Of a stretch of 64,000 nucleotides of DNA, positions 18,555 to 26,507 are shown piece by piece; the stretch's first letter is position 1, and each line of letters starts with the position of its first letter. The stretch is from Acidobacteriota bacterium. GTDB taxonomy: Bacteria; Acidobacteriota; CAIWXX01. The stretch lies in assembly GCA_040755995.1 (NCBI GenBank), contig JBFMAF010000055.1, forward strand, positions 1 to 64,000. Direction: 5' to 3'. The translations under genes were made by a program, and so were the position numbers. Under the pieces are notes generated by a model. The model was not told where the DNA came from. It saw only the letters and a program-made list of their open reading frames with translations, and ran no database searches.

Positions 18555-19829
18555 ATGGAGCGCATAGTAATCGTCGGTGGTGGGTTTGCGGGGGCGACGT
18601 GCGCGCAGGAGTTGGAGCGGCTTGTGCCGGCCTCGGCCGTCGAAATCGTGCTAATCAACCACTTCAACTACTTCGTGTTCACGCCGCTTCTGGTGGAAGC
18701 CGGCACGGGCAGCCTCGAACCTCGTCACGCCGTAGTGCCTCTCCGGGATTTCGTAAAGACCGCAACGTTTCGAACAGCAGAGGTCCTCGGCGCCGATCTG
18801 GAGAAGAAGTCACTCCGCTTTCGAGTCGTGGGGAAGGCCGAAGCTGAATTCATCTCGTGGGATCACCTGGTGGTGGCGCTTGGGAGCGTCACTCGGATGC
18901 CGCCCATCCCGGGACTCGACCAGTATGCGTTCGAGATGAAGAGCCTCACGGATGCCGTCGCCCTGAGGGACCGCGCGATCCAGCTTCTGGAGCAGGCGGA
19001 TGCCACGGACGACCCCGAAGAACGTCGCGGGCTGCTCCATTTCGTGGTGGTTGGAGCCAACTTCAGCGGGGTGGAGGTCGCCGGCGAGTTCTTCGTTTTC
19101 CTGCGAGAGGCGGCACGGTACTACCGCAATGTGAAACGATCCGAGTGCGCGGTCAGCGTCGTCGAGATCGCTCCTCGAATCCTAACCACAATCGACGAGG
19201 ATCTCGCAGAATACGCGCTCAAGGAGCTCACGCGTCGAGGAACCCACGTGATTCTGAATGCCGGCGTATCCGAGGTCGGGCCGGACCATGTTGTGTTGTC
19301 GACCGGCGAGCGTCTCCGGACTTCCACGTTGATATGGTGCGCAGGCGTCGCGCCCAATCCGCTCGCCGCTCAGCTCGGCCTTCCGGTCAGCGAGCGAGGA
19401 GCCATCGTCTGTGTGCCTGACCTGCGTGTGTCCGGCTTTCAGCACGTCTGGGCAATCGGCGACTGCGCCTCGATTCCGGACCCGCGAGGCGGTTGGTATC
19501 CGCCCACAGCCCAGCATGCCGTGCGCCAGGGGAAACACCTGGCGCGCAATCTGCTGCGCGTGCTGCAAGGCGTGGAGCCGCAGCCGTGCAGGATCACCTC
19601 GCAAGGCTCCCTCGCTGCATTGGGATGCCGGACGGCCGTTGCGAAGGTGTTCGGGTTGAAGCTCGCGGGCTTCCCTGCCTGGTTCCTGTGGCGCACGGTC
19701 TACCTGTTCAAGATGCCGGGCTGGGCGCGTCGCATCCGAGTGGCGCTCGACTGGACCACCAGCTTGCTGTTCCCGAGGCCCATAGTGCAGCTCGGCGTGC
19801 ACCGAACGCCGGACCGCGGCGGTCCGTAA
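18555..19829 (+). CDS. ndh: Type II NADH:quinone oxidoreductase (NDH-2)
   Basis: IVIVGGGFAG, FTPLL, VVGANFSGVEVAGE, WCAGV, WAIGDCA, PPTAQHA, GFPAWFLWR. Confidence 0.9.
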   Translation: MERIVIVGGGFAGATCAQELERLVPASAVEIVLINHFNYFVFTPLLVEAGTGSLEPRHAVVPLRDFVKTATFRTAEVLGADLEKKSLRFRVVGKAEAEFISWDHLVVALGSVTRMPPIPGLDQYAFEMKSLTDAVALRDRAIQLLEQADATDDPEERRGLLHFVVVGANFSGVEVAGEFFVFLREAARYYRNVKRSECAVSVVEIAPRILTTIDEDLAEYALKELTRRGTHVILNAGVSEVGPDHVVLSTGERLRTSTLIWCAGVAPNPLAAQLGLPVSERGAIVCVPDLRVSGFQHVWAIGDCASIPDPRGGWYPPTAQHAVRQGKHLARNLLRVLQGVEPQPCRITSQGSLAALGCRTAVAKVFGLKLAGFPAWFLWRTVYLFKMPGWARRIRVALDWTTSLLFPRPIVQLGVHRTPDRGGP

Positions 19830-19937
19830 TCCGGCACACGCGCTCCTTTTCGAATCCTGCGCCCGCGCACGACTCTGTATCGACACTGAGTGCGCACGTG
19901 GAGTATTCTTGCGCTCGTGAACAAGCGCATCTGTGCG

Positions 19938-20873
19938 ATGGAGGTTGTGCGCCTGCTTGTGTCGTCGATCTGTGCCGTGCTCCTGGCCGCCTCCGGCTCG
20001 GCGGCAGGCCCGGAAGGAGCGCACGGGTACTTGGGCGCGGGCTTCCGCTATTCGGCATACGGACCGGGCTACGACCCGGGTCCACGTTACTGGGCTGGGG
20101 TGGGGAAGGAGATGGCCGCGCGCTTCGACCGCGCCACCCCCGAGGCGATCTGTGTAATCGGGGTTCTGGACGGAGACGGATGCAAGCTGGGGTTTCCGGG
20201 CAACGGCGAAGATCCTCTGATCCGTTTTTCGGCCGATGATGCCAACGAAGAGGCACTTCAGCTATTCGACCAGCTCGGCTTCAGGGTCTGGTTGCAGGTC
20301 GAGCCCGGCAACGCCTCGGTCGAGACGCTCTTCCACCTCGTATTGAATCGCTACGGGCGGCATGCGAGCGTCGTGGGAGTCGGAGTCGATGTCGAGTGGT
20401 ACCGCTCGACGGAGAAGGCCGACGGCCAGGCAGTGACGGATGCTGAAGCGGCATCCTGGCTGGCCGCCGCCAGATCCCACAACCCGGCGCTGCGGCTCTT
20501 TCTAAAGCACTGGCAGATCCGGAAGATGCCGCCGACGGTGCGAGACGGGCTCCTCTTCATAGACGACAGCCAGACCTTCCCATCCATGGAAGCCATCATC
20601 GATGAGTTCGCTCTCTGGGGCGAGGCATTCGCGCCCGCGCCCGTCGGCTTCCAGTACGGATACGTGTCAGACCGGTCGTGGTGGGAGAAGCTGGCCGATC
20701 CGCCTGGCCTCATCGGCCGGGGAATCCTCGCGCGGGTGCCGAACACCGAGGGGTTGTACTGGGTGGACTTCACGGTGCTCGAAGTGTTTCCGCCGAGGGA
20801 GGACGAGCGACGGAGGGACGCCGGCCCCGCCGCCGAGAAGTCCCTCCGAGCACCCGCCGATGCGCTAAAATAG
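19938..20873 (+). CDS. Exported hypothetical protein, possibly glycoside-hydrolase-like TIM barrel
   Basis: Signal peptide; VWLQVEPG, VGVGVDVEW (DxE), FIDDSQ, aromatic-rich. Confidence 0.65.
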   Translation: MEVVRLLVSSICAVLLAASGSAAGPEGAHGYLGAGFRYSAYGPGYDPGPRYWAGVGKEMAARFDRATPEAICVIGVLDGDGCKLGFPGNGEDPLIRFSADDANEEALQLFDQLGFRVWLQVEPGNASVETLFHLVLNRYGRHASVVGVGVDVEWYRSTEKADGQAVTDAEAASWLAAARSHNPALRLFLKHWQIRKMPPTVRDGLLFIDDSQTFPSMEAIIDEFALWGEAFAPAPVGFQYGYVSDRSWWEKLADPPGLIGRGILARVPNTEGLYWVDFTVLEVFPPREDERRRDAGPAAEKSLRAPADALK

Positions 20874-20895
20874 TAGTTTCAGTGAAGGACTGGCT

Positions 20896-23800
20896 ATGAG
20901 CGAACCTATCGATCGCGGTGCGGCGTTCGGGCCGAATGTGTGGCTTATCGACGAGATGTACAGGCAGTACGCCGAGCGTCCCGAGAGCGTAAGCGAAAGC
21001 TGGCGCGAGTTCTTCTCGGACTATCGCCCAGGTGTCGGCAGGGAGGTGCCGTCGATCCCGCCAGAGCCGGCCGCGATCACGCCGGAGCCTCCTGCCGCAA
21101 CGCCGGCGGCTCCGGCGCCGGCAGGCGTCGCGATCCCGCTGCGCGGCCCCGTCGCGCGCCTGGTCGAGAACATGGAACAGAGCCTCGCCGTTCCGACCGC
21201 CACCTCGGTGCGCGCGATGCCGGTGAAGCTCCTGGAAGAGAACCGCGCCTTGCTCAACCAGCACCTCGCTGAAACCCAGGGTGGCAAGGTCAGCTTCACG
21301 CATTTCCTCGCGTGGGCGATCGTCAGGGCGCTCCAGTCCATGCCTGAGCTGCGTTCCACTTATCAGATGATCGATGGAGTTCCGCATCGAATCACCCCCG
21401 AGCACGTGAATCTCGGTCTGGCGGTCGACGTCCAGCGAAGGGACGGCACGAGGATGCTCGTCGTTCCGAACATCAAACAGTCGGACACGCTCGCGTTCCC
21501 CGCCTTTTTCGCCGCCTACAACGACATGGTGCGCAAGGCCCACGCGAACCAGCTTGTCCCCGACGACTTCCAGGCTACCAACGTAACGCTCACGAACCCC
21601 GGCATGATCGGCACGACGCAGTCGATGCCTCGACTGATGGCGGGCCAGAGCTGCATCATCGCCACCGGCAGCATAGACTACCCTCCTGAGTTCCAGGCCG
21701 CCGATGCGCGCGCCCTGGCCGAGTTCGGGGTGAGCAAGGTCATCACGCTGACCTGCACCTACGATCACCGGGTGATCCAGGGTGCCGAGAGCGGCGCTTT
21801 CCTCGGTCGCATCGAAAGCCTGCTGTCCGGGGAAGAGGGCTTCTACGAGGAAATCTTCGCCTCGCTGCACGTGCCTCACAGGCCGATGTACCTGGCGCGC
21901 GATGCCAATCCGTATCATACCGACGATGCCGAACGAGTCGCTCCGGAGAAGCAGGCGGCGGTCCTCCAGCTCATCAACATGTATCGAGTACGCGGGCACC
22001 TCGTGGCGCACCTCAATCCGCTGGGCAGCGCGATTCCGACTCACCCCGAGCTGGAGCTCGAGCACCACGGGCTCACCATCTGGGACCTGGATCGGGTTTT
22101 CTTCACCGGCGGGCTCGGGGGCCGCCGCCAGGCCAAGCTGCGGGAGATAATCCACATCCTGCGCGACGCCTACTGCGGCGACCTCGGCATCGAGTACATG
22201 CACATGCAGGAACACGAGCGCAAGACCTGGATTCAGCAGCAGGTGGAGGGCACGCGCGCGTCGGGCTGGCTGGATTCGGCGGGGAAGCGCCGGATCCTGG
22301 ACAGACTGAACGTGGCGGAGGCGTTCGAGCGATTCTTGCAAACCAAGTACGTCGGGCACAAGCGATTCAGCCTAGAAGGCGCCGAGGTGCTGATCCCGAT
22401 GCTGGACCGGCTGCTCACCAGGGCCGTGGCACAAGGGATCGCTGAGGTCACCATGGGCATGTCACATCGCGGCCGGCTCAACGTGCTGGCCAACGTGGTC
22501 GGCAAGAGCTATGAGAAGATCTTCCACGAGTTTGAAGGCGATCTCGATCCGCTCAGCCGCGAGGGCACGGGCGACGTGAAATATCATCTCGGGGCATCCG
22601 GGACGTACGAGAGCCCGCAGGGCGGGAGCCTCCACATCACGCTGGCATCCAACCCGAGCCACCTCGAGGCTGTGGATCCGGTTGTCGAAGGGATGACCCG
22701 GGCGGCCCAGGATCTGTCGGGGGATGCTCTGCGCGAGCGGGCGCTGCCGCTCCTGATCCACGGCGATGCCGCCTTCGCCGGCCAGGGTGTCGTCGCGGAG
22801 ACGCTGAATATGAGCGCCCTCTCGGGATACGGCACCGGCGGCACCATCCATGTTGTGGTCGACAACGGGATCGGGTTCACCACGAGCCCGGAGTCGGCGC
22901 GATCCAGCGTCTACGCTACCGACGTGGCCAAGATGGTGCAGGCGCCGATCTTCCACGTGAACGGCGACGATCCCGAAGCCTGCGTCCGTGTCATGGATCT
23001 CGCCTTCGCCTTCCGGCAGACGTTCAAGAAGGACGTCGTGGTGGATGTGATTTGCTACCGCAGGCACGGCCACAACGAGGCGGACGAGCCGGCCTATACG
23101 CAGCCTTTGATGTACGAGCAGATCCGCAACAAACGGTCAGTGCGCAAGCTCTACACCGAGACGCTCGTCAACCGCGGCGACATGGATCTCGCCGAGGCGC
23201 AGAAGGTTCTGGACGAGTTCCAGGCGACACTCGATGCGGCCTTCGCAGCCACGAAGGAATCGGCGCCGCCCGAGGTGTGCCTGCTGCCGGAGGAGCCTGT
23301 GGTGGCTGTGCCGATGGACCCCGCCCCGCCCGTCCCGCGGGACACTCTCGCGACCGTACTCGCGAGCATCACCACTCTGCCCGAGGGCTTTCACCTGCAC
23401 CCCAAGCTGCGCGGCCAGATCAACCAGCGCCGCGCATCTCTTACGCAGGAGTCGCTCGAATGGGGAACGGCCGAGGCGCTGGCGTTCGGATCGCTGCTGC
23501 TCGAAGGAATCCCCCTGAGGCTCTCCGGGCAGGACTCGCGGCGCGGCACATTCAGCCAGCGCCACGCAGTGTTCGTCGATCAGGAGACGGGCGAGGAGTA
23601 CATACCGCTCCAGCACCTCGACCCGAGCCAGGCGCCCTGCATGATATACGACAGCCTGCTCAGCGAGTACGCGGTGCTCGGATTCGAGTACGGCTATTCC
23701 GTCGCGCGCCCCGACGCGCTGGTGCTGTGGGAAGCGCAGTTCGGGGATTTCTCGAATGGAGCGCAGATCATAGTCGATCAGTTCATCGCCGCGGCCGGTG

Positions 23801-24474
23801 AGAAGTGGGGCCAGGGAAGCCGGCTCACGCTGCTCCTCCCGCACGGCTACGAGGGGCAGGGCCCCGAGCACTCCAGCGCACGCCTCGAACGATTCTTGAG
23901 TCTCTGCGCTCGCGGGAACATGCGCGTGGCTGTGCCGACAACGGCCGCGCAGTACTACCATCTGCTGCGCGCACAGGCACATTCGAAGAGTCCCACGCCG
24001 CTCGTCGTGATGACTCCCAAGAGCCTGCTGCGCGCCGAGGCTGCCAGGAGCCGCGCGAGCGAGCTCGCAGATGGCGCATGGCAGGTGGTCATCCCTGACT
24101 CCGCCCCGCCGAGGGACCAGCAGACAGTGCTGCTGTGCAGCGGCAAGGTCGCCTACGATCTGCTTGGCCACCGCCAGCGCGAGACGCGCAGCGACGTAGC
24201 CGTGGTCCGTGTCGAGCAGCTCTATCCGTTCCCGGGCGAGACGGTCAAGAATCTGCTGGGCCTTTACTCCCGCATCCGCGAGATCCGGTGGGTGCAGGAA
24301 GAGCCGCAGAACATGGGTGCATGGGCGTACGTCGAGCCGCTGCTGAGGCGGCTCGGTCTCGCGCCGAGCTACGCCGGCAGAGCCGCCAGCGCGAGCCCGG
24401 CCACCGGCAGCCAGCGCGTGCACCAGGCCGAGCAGGAGAAGCTGATCTCGGAGGCATTCCGCCGCGTTCCGTAG
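20896..24474 (+). CDS. kgd: Multifunctional 2-oxoglutarate dehydrogenase/decarboxylase (Kgd/OdhA type: E2-like succinyltransferase domain fused to E1)
   Basis: FGPNVWLIDEMY N-terminus; acyltransferase motif TYDHRVIQGAESG; E1 motifs KRFSLEG, HGDAAFAGQG, RRHGHNE, LPHGYEGQGPEHSSAR. Confidence 0.95.
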   Translation: MSEPIDRGAAFGPNVWLIDEMYRQYAERPESVSESWREFFSDYRPGVGREVPSIPPEPAAITPEPPAATPAAPAPAGVAIPLRGPVARLVENMEQSLAVPTATSVRAMPVKLLEENRALLNQHLAETQGGKVSFTHFLAWAIVRALQSMPELRSTYQMIDGVPHRITPEHVNLGLAVDVQRRDGTRMLVVPNIKQSDTLAFPAFFAAYNDMVRKAHANQLVPDDFQATNVTLTNPGMIGTTQSMPRLMAGQSCIIATGSIDYPPEFQAADARALAEFGVSKVITLTCTYDHRVIQGAESGAFLGRIESLLSGEEGFYEEIFASLHVPHRPMYLARDANPYHTDDAERVAPEKQAAVLQLINMYRVRGHLVAHLNPLGSAIPTHPELELEHHGLTIWDLDRVFFTGGLGGRRQAKLREIIHILRDAYCGDLGIEYMHMQEHERKTWIQQQVEGTRASGWLDSAGKRRILDRLNVAEAFERFLQTKYVGHKRFSLEGAEVLIPMLDRLLTRAVAQGIAEVTMGMSHRGRLNVLANVVGKSYEKIFHEFEGDLDPLSREGTGDVKYHLGASGTYESPQGGSLHITLASNPSHLEAVDPVVEGMTRAAQDLSGDALRERALPLLIHGDAAFAGQGVVAETLNMSALSGYGTGGTIHVVVDNGIGFTTSPESARSSVYATDVAKMVQAPIFHVNGDDPEACVRVMDLAFAFRQTFKKDVVVDVICYRRHGHNEADEPAYTQPLMYEQIRNKRSVRKLYTETLVNRGDMDLAEAQKVLDEFQATLDAAFAATKESAPPEVCLLPEEPVVAVPMDPAPPVPRDTLATVLASITTLPEGFHLHPKLRGQINQRRASLTQESLEWGTAEALAFGSLLLEGIPLRLSGQDSRRGTFSQRHAVFVDQETGEEYIPLQHLDPSQAPCMIYDSLLSEYAVLGFEYGYSVARPDALVLWEAQFGDFSNGAQIIVDQFIAAAGEKWGQGSRLTLLLPHGYEGQGPEHSSARLERFLSLCARGNMRVAVPTTAAQYYHLLRAQAHSKSPTPLVVMTPKSLLRAEAARSRASELADGAWQVVIPDSAPPRDQQTVLLCSGKVAYDLLGHRQRETRSDVAVVRVEQLYPFPGETVKNLLGLYSRIREIRWVQEEPQNMGAWAYVEPLLRRLGLAPSYAGRAASASPATGSQRVHQAEQEKLISEAFRRVP

Positions 24475-24611
24475 CAGTCCACAAGCCCCGGAGCCATCGA
24501 TTCGGCCGGCGGGGATGGGTGAACGTGAAAGGAGCGGCCCGCAGGCATTCGTTCACGCGGTGCCGACGAGTGCAAGGACGATAACGCGCGAATATGGAAT
24601 GACCCGTTCAC

Positions 24612-24640
24612 TTGACATTCGCGCCTATGGCCAATACATT
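24612..24640 (+). promoter_or_regulatory. Sigma70 promoter
   Basis: TTGACA-17 nt-TACATT. Confidence 0.7.
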
Positions 24641-24646
24641 CGCCCC

Positions 24647-24729
24647 AGGCTGTGTGCTCGATCAGCCCGCGGATTTTCCGTTGTGCCAGCTTGGAGCATA
24701 TCCAGCTCACCTGTCGTGCATCATAGCCT
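24647..24729 (+). ncRNA. Candidate structured small RNA (three-way junction)
   Basis: Starts 7 nt after the -10; the 5' and 3' ends pair over ~17 bp and enclose two hairpins; no convincing + strand ORF follows. Confidence 0.5.
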
Positions 24730-24731
24730 GA

Positions 24732-24978
24732 CTAGCCGCCGGACTTGATGGCTGCCAGACAATATTGGCCGTAGCGGCTGGACCAGCCGTGGACTTCGCT
24801 CTCGGTGTCGACATAGACGTCGGAGTTATAGCAGGTGGGTGTGCGTAGCTTGGGATCGACATACGAATCGCCCGCGGCCACACCAAGGATCGACTTCCAG
24901 CGCCTGGCAGGGCGACAGGCTGAGAATCAGATTGGCGAGAACCGAGGCGGCGAACGGCCCGAGTAGTTCCGATTTCAT
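24732..24978 (-). pseudogene. Frameshifted remnant of an exported protein
   Basis: Signal peptide MKSELLGPFAASVLANLILSLSPCQA, then in another frame WKSILGVAAGDSYVDPK...GQYCLAAIKSGG-stop. Confidence 0.4.
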
Positions 24979-25110
24979 GAGTTCCCCCGCTCGAAGTATG
25001 GAACAGGGGGAAGGTGCAATTCGGCGTTCAACGCACCTCCTCGAGGAAGCTCCGAATCGCCGGCTCGAGTTACCGCGAAGCCGAGCTCGCGCTGCCGCAG
25101 AGCCCAGCGC

Positions 25111-26265
25111 TCAGTCTTCGAAGCAGATCGCGTACTTGCCGTCGCGTATGAGCTGCAGTGCGGCTCCCGACGGCATCCCGAGGTCGACGGAGGCCAGGCG
25201 AACCAGGGGCTGGATGCTGTCGATGTAGACCCTGTCGACATGGACCACTCGGTCCGGGCTGGAGAACTTCGACGGCCCTACCTGGCCGCCGAAGTGATCC
25301 GATCGGCCAAAGGCTATGTGGAGCCCAAGCTTCTCGTCGAGAAGGATCTCTCCGGCCGGCTTCACGCCGAATTCGGCCAGCACCCCCAGCCCGAGCTCGG
25401 CGATGTTGCCGTAGGCCGGCTCCGACGCGAGTCGCTCCGCCTCGGTTGACGACGCGGCCCCGCGCGACAGGACCTCGACGGCGGTGTTGTCTATGACCCT
25501 GTATACCACGACCTCATCCCCAAACTGCACGGGCAGCTCCCCCGCAGTCCGCGACGGGTCACCGGGAATCTCTCCTTCGTATGGCACGATGTAGGCCTCG
25601 CCCGACGGCAGGTTGCCGGCCGTCCCCGGCTCGTGGAGAAGACCGGTCGACTCGTGCGCAGTCCTGTGCCTCAGATCGATCGTGAGGAATGCGGAACCCG
25701 CAGGAGTCCGGAACGTCAAGTCCGCCCTCGCGGACTCGTCGAGCAGCGTCTTGAGCACGCACACGCGCGCGGCAATGGCCTCATAGTTGAGCTTCAACGC
25801 CGGGACCATCTGCGCGGTGAAGCCCGGCATCGTGGCGGCGCGGAACCGGTGCACCCTGGCAGCCACCTTCAGCGGCGCCGTGGCGGAAAACTCCGTCGGG
25901 GCAATCAGCAGCTGATGCGTCGCGAACACGCGCTCAAATGTCGTCTCGTCACCGGTCAGCTCGTCGGCGGCGAGGGGGAGCCGATCAGGCGCGTGCACTA
26001 CGGCCGAAGATGGTAGATCGGCGTTGTTGGCGCGGACGTTGCGATACAGGACGAGGTTCACGGCGCCGAGGCCGAGATCCGGGGCGCGTTCGGCGAGCAG
26101 CCGTGCCCACTCGGAGGCCATCTCGCGTCGCTCTCTCCACGTGGCCGTGTCCGGCACCGCAGCATCCGGAAGGTCGACGAGAATCGCGAGCTGGTGATCG
26201 TCGGGCCGCGGCGCGAAGACGCGCCTGATGAGCTGGACAAGCTCATCCGCGCTTAGCCCGATCAT
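25111..26265 (-). CDS. M29-family (aminopeptidase T-like) metallopeptidase
   Basis: GNLPSGEAYIVP, NIAELGLG, LLDEKLGLHIAFG, VHVD; GAGGTG SD before ATG 26265. Confidence 0.85.
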   Translation of the reverse strand: MIGLSADELVQLIRRVFAPRPDDHQLAILVDLPDAAVPDTATWRERREMASEWARLLAERAPDLGLGAVNLVLYRNVRANNADLPSSAVVHAPDRLPLAADELTGDETTFERVFATHQLLIAPTEFSATAPLKVAARVHRFRAATMPGFTAQMVPALKLNYEAIAARVCVLKTLLDESARADLTFRTPAGSAFLTIDLRHRTAHESTGLLHEPGTAGNLPSGEAYIVPYEGEIPGDPSRTAGELPVQFGDEVVVYRVIDNTAVEVLSRGAASSTEAERLASEPAYGNIAELGLGVLAEFGVKPAGEILLDEKLGLHIAFGRSDHFGGQVGPSKFSSPDRVVHVDRVYIDSIQPLVRLASVDLGMPSGAALQLIRDGKYAICFED

Positions 26266-26338
26266 CAGCCACACCTCATGGAACGAATACCTTCTACGCT
26301 CGATTCTATCAGAATCGCACCACCTCGGCCATCAATCC

Positions 26339-26374
26339 GTCGTCGCGTCGTCGCGTCGTCGCGGTGGTCGTCGC
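26339..26374 (+). repeat. Octamer tandem repeat (GTCGTCGC) x3 plus 1
   Basis: Directly visible in the intergenic region. Confidence 0.7.
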
Positions 26375-26507
26375 TCGGGTTTGTCAATGATATCAAGACA
26401 GTGTGGCATAACCGCGGAATCAGAGTAGCAGGTTTGCCTGGGTTCTGCGCGTATTGAAGTAGGAGAGAGTCAGATCGAGGGCTGGCGATCACAACCAGGA
26501 GTCCCAA

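Noticed and set aside
20770..24423. Long antisense ORFs (529 aa and 428 aa)
   Set aside because: Shadows of the kgd gene in high-GC DNA; no motifs.
24646..24745. TGACTAGCC resembling a Y RNA 3' end
   Set aside because: The matching 5' GGCUGGUCCG strand is absent and there is no Ro60/rsr gene; retained only as an unnamed ncRNA candidate.
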